A stretch of 64,000 nt of DNA from Myxococcota bacterium (lineage in GTDB: Bacteria > Myxococcota_A > UBA9160 > UBA6930): the NCBI GenBank assembly GCA_965223705.1, contig OZ245015.1:3552001-3616000 (forward strand), in the 5' to 3' direction. The notes under the pieces were generated by a model. The model worked only from the letters and a program-made list of their open reading frames with translations, was not told where the DNA came from and made no database searches. The translations under genes and the position numbers were made by a program. This document shows, one piece after another, positions 8,572-18,690 of the stretch. How positions within the stretch are numbered: the stretch's first letter is position 1; the number at the start of each line of letters is the position of its first letter.

Positions 8572-9618
8572 ATGTCACGACCCTCTTTTGGACTTTTCGA
8601 TCACATCGAAGCCATACCCGGAACATCGACGGTGCAACTCTATCGGGACCGATTGGAGCTTATTCGCCTGGCGGACCGGGCGGGTTTCAAGGGGTTCCAC
8701 CTCGCCGAGCATCACGGAACCGATTTGTGCATGGCGCCGAACCAAGAGGTGTTTCTCGCGGCGGCCTCCCAGATTACGGAATCCATTCGCCTGGGGCCGA
8801 TGGTGAAACTCCTACCGCTCCATCACCCCGTGCGGGTCGTGGAGGATCTCTGCATCCTCGACAACCTGACGAACGGTCGTCTCGAGTTCGGCGTCGGGCG
8901 TGGGGTCGCACCCGTCGAGCACTATTGGTATGGGGGGCGCTGGGACGAGGCGAACGATCGCTTCGAGGACGCACTCGGAATCTTGGTCCGCGCGCTGCGA
9001 AGCGGGGAGATCAGCGCCGAAGGCTCCAAGTACTACGACTTTCGCACCATGCCGATGTCGACTCGACCCGTGCAGGAGCACATCCGTTTCTGGTACCCGG
9101 GAAGCCCGGCAACGGCTGGCAAGTTCGGCATGGATCTCATGTGGCCCGGACCGATCCAGCCCGAGGCCTACGATCTCTACGCGCAATCTTGGGAGAAGCA
9201 CCGGGGCGGCGCTCTTCGACTCGAAGCTCCGGGTGCCGAGCCCCGGGTGGGCTGCGTGCTCCTCGTATCCCTCGCCGAGTCAGAACGCGAGGCGCTCGAT
9301 GCGGCGGAGCGCGCCGTAAAAGGCCTGATGCGCCGAACGCACGCGGTCCACCAGTGGGATGCCGAGATCCTGGGCGAGGCCGGCGCAGACGCCGCCCTCG
9401 AGCCGCTTCGCAAGATCTCGAAAAACATCGACGTGGCGGTGCGCGCCGGTGCCGGCACGCCGAACCAGATTCAAGACCGCCTCGGTCCGTTGGTCGAAAG
9501 TCGGCTGAGTGACTACTTCGTGCTCCAGATTCCGACCGGTGATATGACCTTCGGCGAAGCGCAGCGAACCTTGGAGCTGTTCGCATCCGAGGTGAAGCCC
9601 GCGCTGGAAGCTGCCTAG
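8572..9618 (+). CDS. Luciferase-like (LLM) flavin-dependent oxidoreductase
   Basis: GFKGFHLAEHH, IRLGPMV, GRLEFGVGRG, ELFASEVKP. Confidence 0.9.
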   Translation: MSRPSFGLFDHIEAIPGTSTVQLYRDRLELIRLADRAGFKGFHLAEHHGTDLCMAPNQEVFLAAASQITESIRLGPMVKLLPLHHPVRVVEDLCILDNLTNGRLEFGVGRGVAPVEHYWYGGRWDEANDRFEDALGILVRALRSGEISAEGSKYYDFRTMPMSTRPVQEHIRFWYPGSPATAGKFGMDLMWPGPIQPEAYDLYAQSWEKHRGGALRLEAPGAEPRVGCVLLVSLAESEREALDAAERAVKGLMRRTHAVHQWDAEILGEAGADAALEPLRKISKNIDVAVRAGAGTPNQIQDRLGPLVESRLSDYFVLQIPTGDMTFGEAQRTLELFASEVKPALEAA

Positions 9619-9664
9619 ACGCGAAGACATGGCAACCCGTCATGCGAACGCAAGGAGGTCCATC

Positions 9665-10747
9665 ATGCGATCGTCGCTCTTTTTTGCCGCGCTGGCCGTC
9701 TCGCTCCTCGGAAGCCGAGCGATCCAAGCGGAGCCCATCATCGATTGCGAACCGAAAGGCAACGCACGACCGATCTGTGCGTTCTCGAACCCCGAGGACA
9801 TGGTCGCTCTACCGGGGGGCGAGGCGATCCTGATCGGAGAATACGGTGCCTCGGCGGAGGCCACGGGCCGGCTCGTCGTCTTCGAGCTCGAGAGCGAGAA
9901 GCAACACACGGCGTATCGCGGCGGGCAAGGGAAAGGCGCTGCAGAGGCGGGCTGGGGGGATCCGACCTGCACGACGCCACCCGGAGATGCCTTCAACAGC
10001 CATGGAATCGACCTCGTCCGCCGGGACGACGGACGCTTGCAGCTGCTGGTCATCCAACACGGCAGCCGCGAGGCCATCGAGCTGTTCGAGGTGATGGGTG
10101 CCGGGACCGACTGGCGGGTGGCGTGGCGGGGCTGCGTACCGGCGCCGCCGAACGCGTCACTCAATAGTGTCGCGGGAGTCTCCAATGGCGACTTCTACAC
10201 GACGCAGATGGTTCCGCTCGAGCCGGCCGTCAATCTTACGAAAGGCATTCCCCGCCATACGACGGGTCACGCATTCGCGTGGTCCCAGTCGGACGCGACC
10301 TTTCGGAAAATCGGCGGGACCGACGGCGCGATGCCGAACGGGATCGTCACTTCGCCCGACGGCCGCTTTATTTACATGGCTGCATCGGCCGAGCACAGCG
10401 TGCGGAAAGTCGAGGTCGCGACCGGCCGCGAGCTCGACCGTGCAACGGTCGATTCGCCCGACAACGCGCGCTGGGCCCCCGACGGACGTATTCTCATCTC
10501 GTCGCTGGCCAGAGAACTCACGGGAGAGGACTTCGCGGCCTGCGTGAGCATCGATCGGGGAGCCTGCAGCATTCCGTTCAAGATCGTCGCACTCGATCCC
10601 GATTCGATGACGATCGTCGAAACGCTGTACGCGACCGACGGTGCGCCCATGGGAGCCGGCACGGTCGGACTGCGCGTCGGCGATGACCTGTTCATCGGCA
10701 CGTTTCACGGCGACCGGATCCTTCGCGTCAAGCTGGACGGAGAGTAG
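9665..10747 (+). CDS. Exported SMP-30/paraoxonase-like lactonase or arylesterase (beta-propeller)
   Basis: Signal peptide, NPEDM, FNSHGIDL, LNSVAG, MPNGI, PDN motifs typical of PON-like propellers. Confidence 0.75.
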   Translation: MRSSLFFAALAVSLLGSRAIQAEPIIDCEPKGNARPICAFSNPEDMVALPGGEAILIGEYGASAEATGRLVVFELESEKQHTAYRGGQGKGAAEAGWGDPTCTTPPGDAFNSHGIDLVRRDDGRLQLLVIQHGSREAIELFEVMGAGTDWRVAWRGCVPAPPNASLNSVAGVSNGDFYTTQMVPLEPAVNLTKGIPRHTTGHAFAWSQSDATFRKIGGTDGAMPNGIVTSPDGRFIYMAASAEHSVRKVEVATGRELDRATVDSPDNARWAPDGRILISSLARELTGEDFAACVSIDRGACSIPFKIVALDPDSMTIVETLYATDGAPMGAGTVGLRVGDDLFIGTFHGDRILRVKLDGE

Positions 10748-10749
10748 TC

Positions 10750-11769
10750 ATGCGGTTCGCAATGTTTGATCAGATGGAGAATCGAGGAGTATCCCCTGCC
10801 GAGATGTTTCGGGATCGGCTCCGGCTTCTCGAGGTTGCCGATGAAGCCGGCTTCTGGGGCTACTTCAAGTCCGAGCACCACCTCACCTCGCTCGACATGG
10901 CACCGAGCACATCCACCTGGCTCTCGGCTGTGGTGGCTCGCACGAAGAAACTGCGGGTCGGCGCTCTGGTGTACCTCCTCCCCTTCTATCACCCCTTGCG
11001 ACTGCTGGAGGAGATCACGACGCTCGATCACTTGTCCAACGGTCGCCTCGAGGTGGGCGTCGGTCGAGGGATCGCCCCACCCGAGCACGAGCTATGGGGC
11101 ATGGATCCCGGCGAGGCTCGGGACCGTTTCGAGGAAACTCTGGCGGTCCTATTCGAAGCGATGGCGACCGACTCGCTGACCTTCCACGGCGACTTCTGGA
11201 ACTTCGATGACGTGCCTATCGAGCAACAGCCTTATCAGAAGCCGTATCCACCGTTGTGGTACCCGGGGAACCTCGCGGTCGCCGGAGGTCGCGGCTTCCA
11301 CACCATCACCGCGGGTCCCATCTCTTATCTCGCCAAGGCCGTCGAAGAGTTCTCGGAATCGGCGACGGCTCAACACCCCTCGGAGGACGGGGTGAACGGC
11401 GGCGCGACACCGTCCATCGGCGCAGCGGTCAAGGTCATCCTGTCCGAGGACGAGAACGCGTCGCTCGAGCGGGGCCGGAGCGCCTGGAAGCACTTCGACG
11501 CGAACATCACCAAGTTGTGGCGTCGTTTCGGCCTGTCCGAATTGCCGTTCAACCCCAATGCCGACGGTGACTTCGACAAGGCGATCGCGATGAGCACCGC
11601 CTTCTCCGGATCCCCGTCGCGGCTGGTCGACTTCATCGCCGAACGCGCCGAACTGGGCATCGATCCCCTCGTACTGGGCTTCGAATGGGGCGACCTCGAC
11701 GCCAGCGAAGTGCGACGCTCCCTGGACCTCTTTGCGGAGCACGTCATGCCGGCGACGGTCGACCTCTGA
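10750..11769 (+). CDS. Luciferase-like (LLM) flavin-dependent oxidoreductase
   Basis: SEHH, LPFYHPLRLLEE, GRLEVGVGRG, LFAEHVMP. Confidence 0.9.
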   Translation: MRFAMFDQMENRGVSPAEMFRDRLRLLEVADEAGFWGYFKSEHHLTSLDMAPSTSTWLSAVVARTKKLRVGALVYLLPFYHPLRLLEEITTLDHLSNGRLEVGVGRGIAPPEHELWGMDPGEARDRFEETLAVLFEAMATDSLTFHGDFWNFDDVPIEQQPYQKPYPPLWYPGNLAVAGGRGFHTITAGPISYLAKAVEEFSESATAQHPSEDGVNGGATPSIGAAVKVILSEDENASLERGRSAWKHFDANITKLWRRFGLSELPFNPNADGDFDKAIAMSTAFSGSPSRLVDFIAERAELGIDPLVLGFEWGDLDASEVRRSLDLFAEHVMPATVDL

Positions 11770-11780
11770 GGTCTTACGGG

Positions 11781-12932
11781 TTAGCCATCGAGTTCGTAGA
11801 ACCGCACGGCGTTCTCGCCCATCACCTTGCGTTGGGATTCCAACGGGAGCGGCGCGATTCGCTCGCGTAACTCTTTCACGACATCGAAGCTTGCGTCGAT
11901 GTGCGGGTAGTCGGACGCCCAGATGAAATAGTCCGCACCGATATGGTCGACGACCGCCGCCGTGAGAGACTCGTCGGGGTCCGCGGACACCAAACACTGG
12001 CGATAGAAGTACTCGCTCGGCTTCAACTTGTTGATCGAGCGGCTCTTGGTCACCTCGAACTTGTGATCGAGACGGTCGAGCCATGCGGAAATCCAGTTCG
12101 CCCCGGTCTCGAGCACGGAAACCTTGAGGCGCGGATAGCGTTCGAGCACGCCGACGGAGATCAGCTCCGTGAACGCCGCCATCACATCGATGGCAAGAAA
12201 CGCGAAGTTGAACAAGCCGAAGTCCGTTCCGCCGTCGGCGAAGGGGTCGATGTAATTGAACGAAGGCTGATCGCGTACGATGACATGGAAGCCCACGGGC
12301 ATGTCGAGATCCTGCGCAGCCGACCAGAAGCGATCGAAATCCGAGTGATTCAGATGACGGCCGCCCCGCGACGCGCGATCGGGTGAAAGAAAGATGCCTC
12401 GGCAGCCGTCTTCACGAGCCCTTTCCAACTCGACGACGGCCGCTTCGGCGTCGAGCAACGAAATGTGCGCGGCGGGTATCAGACGTTTGGGATCGTGCCG
12501 GCAGAAATCCGCGAGCCATCGGTTGTAGGCGCGGGTATACGCGGTGGCGAGCTCGCCGTCCTGCAGTGGACCCTCCCAACAAATACCGATCGTCGGGTAC
12601 AGGATCGAGATGTCGATGTTCTCGCGGTCCATCACCTCGAGACGCGCCTTAGGGTCGTAGCTGCCGGGCGGGCAACCATCTTCGTAGGTCAAATTCGGAT
12701 TGTTGAAGAGCTCGTCGGGGTCGAGCTCGATGCCGCCGAGCGCAGCAAGCTGGTGACGCAGGATTTCGACCGGCTTTCCGTCGACGAGCAGCGCCTCGGT
12801 CCCTTTATCGTCGACCTCGATTCGGATGGCTCGGTCGCGATACTTCGGCTCGAGATACTTCTTCCAGGTATCGCGCGGCTCGAGTACGTGGCCGTCGGCG
12901 TCGACTGTCAGGAACGGCTTGTCACTGCTCAT
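11781..12932 (-). CDS. Amidohydrolase family protein (Amidohydro_2)
   Basis: VDADGHVLEP, ILYPT, AYNRWLADFC, GFH, WASDYPH. Confidence 0.9.
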   Translation of the reverse strand: MSSDKPFLTVDADGHVLEPRDTWKKYLEPKYRDRAIRIEVDDKGTEALLVDGKPVEILRHQLAALGGIELDPDELFNNPNLTYEDGCPPGSYDPKARLEVMDRENIDISILYPTIGICWEGPLQDGELATAYTRAYNRWLADFCRHDPKRLIPAAHISLLDAEAAVVELERAREDGCRGIFLSPDRASRGGRHLNHSDFDRFWSAAQDLDMPVGFHVIVRDQPSFNYIDPFADGGTDFGLFNFAFLAIDVMAAFTELISVGVLERYPRLKVSVLETGANWISAWLDRLDHKFEVTKSRSINKLKPSEYFYRQCLVSADPDESLTAAVVDHIGADYFIWASDYPHIDASFDVVKELRERIAPLPLESQRKVMGENAVRFYELDG

Positions 12933-13029
12933 CGTATCCTCCCGTCGTGCGCGTCCCCCGAAGGCGACGAGCACCGGACAACGTTGGTTGCTGTAGACTC
13001 AGGATACCGTTTCCGAGGAGCCATACTGA

Positions 13030-14136
13030 ATGAGTTATCCGATCCTTTCCGCCGATTCCCACATCACCGAACCTCCGGACTGCTACACGAAGTACATCGA
13101 CGCCAAATGGAAAGATCGGGCCCCGCGGATCGTGCGCCACGAAAAGTACGGCGACGTCTACGCCGTCGAGGGCATGGACCGCACCATCCCGATGGGTCTC
13201 GTGGCCGCCGCGGGACAACCGCCGGAAGAGCTGAAGCCGGGTGGCCTCTTCGAGGACCTACACCGCAGCGGCTGGGACCCCGAGGCGCGTATGGCCGACC
13301 AAGATCGCGACGGCGTCTCCGCCGAGGTGATCTACCCGACGGTCGGTATGGTGCTCTGCAACCACGAGGACTTCGATTTCAAACGCGCCTGCTTCGAGGC
13401 CTACAACCGCTGGATCGCGGAGTATTGTGACGCCCATCCCAACCGCTTGCTGGGTTGCGGCCAGACTGCGATGCGCTCGCCCGAGGAAGGCATCGAAGAC
13501 TTGAAAGCCATCGCTGATCTGGGGCTGCGGGGGGTCATGATGCCCGGCAACCCGGCCCAGGCAGACTACGACTCTCCGATCTACGACGCGTTTTGGGAGA
13601 AGGCCATCGAGCTCGAGATCCCGCTCTCGTGGCACATCCTGACCTCTTCTCAGGACAATTTCAAAACCCGAGGACCCAAGATGAACGGCTTCCTGTCGAT
13701 CATCCGGGGCTGCCAAGACATCATGGGAACACTCATCCTGGGCGGCGTCTTCGAACGCCACCCCGATCTCCGTGTCGTGTGTGTGGAAGCGGACGCCGGT
13801 TGGGTCCCCCACTACATGTACCGGATGGATCACGCGTACAAGCGCCACCGCAACTGGCTGAAGGCCGGGCAAGAACTCTCGAAGCTGCCGTCCGAATATT
13901 TCCGCGAGCATATCTACACCACGTTCCAGGACGACTGGGTCGCCTTCAAGACCGCCGACCTGATGAACCACGAGCGTCTGATGTGGGCCAACGATTTCCC
14001 CCACAGCGACTCCACCTGGCCGTGGTCGCAGGAAATGCTCGAAGAGCATGGGCAGCATCTCTCGGCAGAGCAGCGACGACGGATCCTATGCGACAACGTC
14101 GCGGATCTCTACCAGATCGATCTGGCCACGCTGTAG
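13030..14136 (+). CDS. Amidohydrolase family protein (Amidohydro_2)
   Basis: SADSHITEP, EVIYPT, AYNRWIAEYC, WANDFPHSD. Confidence 0.9.
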   Translation: MSYPILSADSHITEPPDCYTKYIDAKWKDRAPRIVRHEKYGDVYAVEGMDRTIPMGLVAAAGQPPEELKPGGLFEDLHRSGWDPEARMADQDRDGVSAEVIYPTVGMVLCNHEDFDFKRACFEAYNRWIAEYCDAHPNRLLGCGQTAMRSPEEGIEDLKAIADLGLRGVMMPGNPAQADYDSPIYDAFWEKAIELEIPLSWHILTSSQDNFKTRGPKMNGFLSIIRGCQDIMGTLILGGVFERHPDLRVVCVEADAGWVPHYMYRMDHAYKRHRNWLKAGQELSKLPSEYFREHIYTTFQDDWVAFKTADLMNHERLMWANDFPHSDSTWPWSQEMLEEHGQHLSAEQRRRILCDNVADLYQIDLATL

Positions 14137-14138
14137 CG

Positions 14139-14950
14139 ATGCCCCGTCCGATTCATCTCGTCGGTAGTATCAACCTTCCCAGCGCGGTCGAATCGATGGA
14201 AACGGCCGTGTCGATTCTGGGCGAACGACTCGTGCGCTTGCCCGACGGCGAGCCGGGCCCGCGCCGTGGCTGGGTTTTCTACCAACGCCCCCTGTTCGCG
14301 CACAACCGATTCCTCACCACGCCGACCAGCGGGACGCCGGAGATGGAGATCTTGGCGAATCGCGTACTGCGGGAAGGTGTGCAGCCCGAGGACATCGAGT
14401 TCCCCGAGCTCGGTTACGGGCGCGAGGCAGAAACTTCCTTTGCCTGGTTTCGCGCCGAGAAGGAAACCGGTCGGATTCCCGCGCATCTTCGGTTTCAGGT
14501 GTCGTTGCCCATCCCGCTCGCCTGTCTGCTGGACGCGGTCGAACCCGAGGCGATCCCGCAGGTCGCTCCAGCTTACGAAGCGGCGATGCTCACCGAGATC
14601 GAAACGATCTGCGCGCAGCTCCCTCGAGATGAGCTCGCGAGCTCGCGAACCTCGTCGCGAGTGAATGCCCGCGCCCTCTCAACTGGCTGCACCTTCCGGT
14701 CCCGATCGCTCGAGACGACGACGCCTATTTTGCGCCCTTCGACGACTTGGCGTTGGGAGACGAGACGGAGATCTTCCTCGGCCTGGTCCACCTCGAGGAC
14801 GGCGTCGAGGGAACACTCCGACGCATGGAAGCGGCCTCGAAGCACATCGAACGGTTCGGGATCGCGACCGAATGCGGGATCGGGCGCGCGTATTCTGCGG
14901 AAGACATCGAGAAGCTGTTCCAGATCCACCGCAAAGCCGCTGACGCCTGA
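14139..14950 (+). pseudogene. Disrupted URO-D/MetE-like (cobalamin-independent methionine synthase catalytic-domain-like) gene
   Basis: Frame 1 reads MPRPIHLVGS...LPDGE...FQVSLP...DELA. A different frame from 14639 reads ELANL...WLHLPVP...LGLVH...GIATECGIGR. The junction is the tandem GAGCTCGC-GAGCTCGC. Confidence 0.7.
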
Positions 14951-15022
14951 GCGCAGACCGAGGAGCTAGGTTGTGAGCACGCCGTACGCCAAGGGATTAC
15001 AAGCCGATCCCGCACCCGCCAG

Positions 15023-16204
15023 ATGAAAGCGACGATACGAAACTTCCTGCGCATGGAATCTGCTGGCGGCATCATCCTGATGTTCGCCGCGCTCCTCGCG
15101 CTCCTCGCCGCGAACTCTCCGGCCGCGGGATTCTACGCGCTGTTCCTGGATACGCCGGTCGCCGTACAGGTGGGCGCCCTCAAAATCGCGAAACCGCTGC
15201 TCCTGTGGGTCAACGACGGTTTGATGGCAATTTTTTTCTTTCTCGTCGGGCTGGAACTCAAGCGCGAGCTACTCGAAGGTGAGCTGTCGCGGCCGGCGAA
15301 CGTCGCATTGCCGGCGATCGGCGCTGTTGGCGGGATCGTCGTGCCGGTCGGGATCTTCGCCGCGGTGAATCACACCGATGCCGTCGCGATGCACGGCTGG
15401 GCGATACCCGCAGCAACTGACATCGCGTTTGCGCTCGGCATCCTGTCGCTACTCGGCAGCCGAGTCCCCGTCGCCCTGAAGGTGTTTCTCGTCTCGCTCG
15501 CGATCTTCGACGATCTTGCTGCCATCCTCATCATCGCGGTCTTCTATTCGGGCGACCTGTCGACAACAGCACTGGCGGCGGCGGCGATCTGTCTCGTCGC
15601 ACTGGCGGTTCTGAATCGCGCCGGCATAAGCTCCGTCTCGATCTATATCTTCGTCGGTGTCGTGATGTGGGTGGCCGTTCTCAAATCCGGCATCCACGCG
15701 ACGCTCGCGGGCGTCGCTCTGGCGGCGTTCATTCCAATGCGCGACAGGAACGACCCGCAGCGGTCGCCTCTCTCGGAGCTCGAGCACGACCTGCACAGCC
15801 TCGTCGCGTTCGGCGTCCTTCCGCTGTTCGCCTTCGCGAACGCCGGCATCAGCTTGGGCGGCATCGGGCTCACCGAGCTGCTTCACCCGGTGCCGCTCGG
15901 AATCGCGGCCGGGCTCTTCGTCGGCAAGCAGGTCGGGATCTTCGGGCTGTGCTTCGTCGCGATCAAGCTCGGCTGGGCACGGTTGCCGGATGGCTCGGGC
16001 TGGGCCGGGCTCTACGGGGCGTCGGTGCTTTGCGGTGTCGGCTTTACAATGAGCCTGTTCATCGGCTCACTGGCATTCGAGAACCAGATGAGCGACGCGT
16101 CGGTCCTGTTCGACGAACGTCTCGGCATCATTCTCGGCTCGTTGCTGTCTGGCATCCTGGCCTACGCGGTACTGTCGTTGTCCCTACCGCGCGACACGAA
16201 GTGA
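15023..16204 (+). CDS. nhaA: Na+/H+ antiporter NhaA
   Basis: WVNDGLMAIFFFLVGLELKRE, GWAIPAATDIAFA, LAIFDDL, GVGFTMSLFI. Confidence 0.97.
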   Translation: MKATIRNFLRMESAGGIILMFAALLALLAANSPAAGFYALFLDTPVAVQVGALKIAKPLLLWVNDGLMAIFFFLVGLELKRELLEGELSRPANVALPAIGAVGGIVVPVGIFAAVNHTDAVAMHGWAIPAATDIAFALGILSLLGSRVPVALKVFLVSLAIFDDLAAILIIAVFYSGDLSTTALAAAAICLVALAVLNRAGISSVSIYIFVGVVMWVAVLKSGIHATLAGVALAAFIPMRDRNDPQRSPLSELEHDLHSLVAFGVLPLFAFANAGISLGGIGLTELLHPVPLGIAAGLFVGKQVGIFGLCFVAIKLGWARLPDGSGWAGLYGASVLCGVGFTMSLFIGSLAFENQMSDASVLFDERLGIILGSLLSGILAYAVLSLSLPRDTK

Positions 16205-16235
16205 CCGCTCGGGAAAGGACACTCTGAGGCCGCGA

Positions 16236-17429
16236 ATGCGCTCGTCGCCGTTTCCGCTGCTCACTGCCCTGCGGGTGTCGTCGCGCCGGCTCGGGGAACG
16301 TCTCTCGCGACCCCGTTCGGTTTCGGCGAGCGACGTTCCGGGATCGGTTGCAGCGCTCACCGAAGATTGGTGGACGTCTGCCCTCGGCGCCGACGTTCCC
16401 GGGGCCGCTTTGACGTCCTTTCGCTCCGTCGATTCTTCGTTCGGAACGCACGCGCGCCACCGCTTTGAATTGACCTGGAACGACGCGGGGACGAGGGCGG
16501 AGCTCCCCCGCTTCGTGTTCACGAAGTCCCTGCCGACGCTCGTCAACCGGATGATCGGCGGATACAACGGCACGGCGCGGGCGGAGGGCGGGTTCTATTT
16601 ACAGATCCGACCGCATCTCGATATCGAAGCCCCTCGCGGGTACCACGCGGGCTTCGACCCGGAATCGCTCGCGGCGTTCAACGTGATCGAGGACATCGCG
16701 ACGACTCGTGGAGCCACCTTCTGCGACTACCGAACTGCGGTCGATCGGGAGATGGCCGAGGGGATGGTCGATCTCCTCGCGCGCTTGCACGGCTCGACCT
16801 GGAACCATCCCGACCTCTCCGCGCGCTGGCGCTGGGTGACCAACTTCGCGGATTGGTATTCCGTCGGGGCGCAGAAAATGCACACGCGGAAGTACACGGC
16901 GCGCGCCCTGGACGGCGCAGCCCCGGTGATTCCCGACGACGTGCTGAAAAGTCGAGAGCGCGTCTGGCCGGCCATCGAGGCGAGCTCCGAGATCCATCGG
17001 CGAGACCCTCGCTGCCTGCTCCACTCCGATGTCCACATCGGCAACTGGTATCGGGACGCGGAGGATCGTATGGGGCTCTACGATTGGCAATGTCTGACCC
17101 AGGGCCATTTCGCTCGAGATCTGGCCTACGCACTCTCGGCCGCCCTCGCGCCGCCCGACCGCCGCGAGTGGGAGCGCGGGCTCGTCGAGCGCTACCTCGC
17201 CGGCCTCTCCGAATTCGAGGTCGAGCCGCCCTCGTTTGACGCCGCGTGGAACGCCTACTGCAGCCAGATGATGCACGCCCTTTGGATGTGGACCATCACC
17301 CTTTGTCACTCGCGCTTCCTGCCGGCCATGCAGACCGAAGAGACTTCCCTCGCCATGATCGAGCGCATCAGCATCGCCATGGCAGACCTCGATAGCATCG
17401 ACGTCGCGCTCTCCGGTGCAGGCGCCTAG
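16236..17429 (+). CDS. APH/choline-kinase-fold phosphotransferase (ecdysteroid-kinase-like)
   Basis: LHSDVHIGNW catalytic loop, YDWQ metal-binding motif, DLAY. Confidence 0.8.
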   Translation: MRSSPFPLLTALRVSSRRLGERLSRPRSVSASDVPGSVAALTEDWWTSALGADVPGAALTSFRSVDSSFGTHARHRFELTWNDAGTRAELPRFVFTKSLPTLVNRMIGGYNGTARAEGGFYLQIRPHLDIEAPRGYHAGFDPESLAAFNVIEDIATTRGATFCDYRTAVDREMAEGMVDLLARLHGSTWNHPDLSARWRWVTNFADWYSVGAQKMHTRKYTARALDGAAPVIPDDVLKSRERVWPAIEASSEIHRRDPRCLLHSDVHIGNWYRDAEDRMGLYDWQCLTQGHFARDLAYALSAALAPPDRREWERGLVERYLAGLSEFEVEPPSFDAAWNAYCSQMMHALWMWTITLCHSRFLPAMQTEETSLAMIERISIAMADLDSIDVALSGAGA

Positions 17430-17439
17430 CGACGGAGCG

Positions 17440-18237
17440 TCAGCGGTAGTACTTCATGAAATCGGGCTCCCGCTTCTCCATCAAGGATTTCACGCCTTCC
17501 TGCGACTCCTCGGTGTTGTAGTAGAGGCGTAGCGCCTGCATCGCGAACTGTCCGACCCCACGGATGGCTTCGGTATCCGTGTTGAAGCTCTTCTTGGCGA
17601 GCGCGATCGCGGTGGGGCTCCGCTGGTTGATCTCGTCGCACCAATTCTGCACTTCCGCGTCGAGTTGGTCGTCGGGCACGACGGCGTTGACCAAGCCCAT
17701 AGCGAGGGCCTCCTCCGCCGAGTAGCGCTTGCACACGTACCACATCTCGCGCGCCTTCTTCTCGCCCACAACGCGCGCGAGGTAGGCCGTACCGAAACCC
17801 GGGTCGACGGAACCCATTTTGGGACCCACCTGGCCGAACACCGCGTTGTCCGAGGCGATCGTGAGGTCGCAGATCGTGCAAAACACGTTCCCACCGCCGA
17901 TGGCGTAGCCGCGGACCTTCGCGATCACCGGTTTCGGAATGTCGCGCAGCACCGAATGGAATTCGTCGACTGGCATACCCACGGCGCCACGTGCGTCGTT
18001 GTTGCCGTACTGGCCGCCTTCGTGATCGGACTGATCCCCGCCCGTGCAGAACGCCTTGCCTCCGGCACCGGTGAAGACGATGGATCCGATATTCTGATCC
18101 CATCCAGCCGTCATGAACGCGTCAATCAGCTCGACGACCGTGCGCGGACGGAACGCATTGTACTTTTCCGGCCGGTTGATCGTGATGGTCGCGGTTCTCC
18201 CCTCGACCTCATAGAGAATGTCTTCGAAGTTGCTCAT
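17440..18237 (-). CDS. badI: 2-ketocyclohexanecarboxyl-CoA hydrolase-like crotonase (BadI/MenB clade)
   Basis: AFCTGGDQS, GYAIGGGNV..TICDLTI, FGQVGPKMGSVDPGFGT, EKKAREMWY, LYY.T.ES.EGVK match recalled BadI sequence closely. Has its own AAGGA SD. Confidence 0.8.
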   Translation of the reverse strand: MSNFEDILYEVEGRTATITINRPEKYNAFRPRTVVELIDAFMTAGWDQNIGSIVFTGAGGKAFCTGGDQSDHEGGQYGNNDARGAVGMPVDEFHSVLRDIPKPVIAKVRGYAIGGGNVFCTICDLTIASDNAVFGQVGPKMGSVDPGFGTAYLARVVGEKKAREMWYVCKRYSAEEALAMGLVNAVVPDDQLDAEVQNWCDEINQRSPTAIALAKKSFNTDTEAIRGVGQFAMQALRLYYNTEESQEGVKSLMEKREPDFMKYYR

Positions 18238-18342
18238 CGTTGTTCGGTTCCTTGCGATGTAAAAATGGATAAGCGAGAGCTGCCGGACCATCCGAGTTCC
18301 ATGGGTGTTTCCGCTTCGCGCTAGATGGCGCGGCTGATGCTC

Positions 18343-18690
18343 TGCCATTCGCGGTAGCCACGTTGATCGCACGGTCTCGTTGGCGTGCTTCAACACGTAG
18401 TGCGCAACGATGTCGGAGTGCAGGCCGAACGTGGGTGCGGCGGAGCCCGTGAAAGAGGTCTCTTCGAGTACGATCGCATTGGCGCGGAAGTCGAGCCCGG
18501 CTCCACCGTACGGCTCGGGCATGTCGGGGCACAGTACGCCCTGGGCACCACAAGCCCGCCAGAACTCTTTGTCCACCTGGCCTGAGGCCTCCCACCGGGC
18601 AATGTTCGGTGTGAGCTCCGCCGCGAAGAAGCGCCGGACAGCATCGCAGAACTGGTGGTGCTCCTCGTCGAAAATCGTCCGTTCGAGCAC
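18343..18690 (-). pseudogene. Truncated acyl-CoA dehydrogenase (N-terminal ~116 aa only), open in frame into badI
   Basis: VLERTIFDEEHHQF...PEPYGGAG...LHSDIVAHY...WLPRMA, after which homology stops (no TEP motif). GTG overlaps the upstream TAG. Confidence 0.8.

Noticed and set aside
13593..14969. 458-aa ORF as a single real protein
   Set aside because: Its first 182 codons overlap the amidohydrolase out of frame and its tail is the wrong frame of the disrupted gene.
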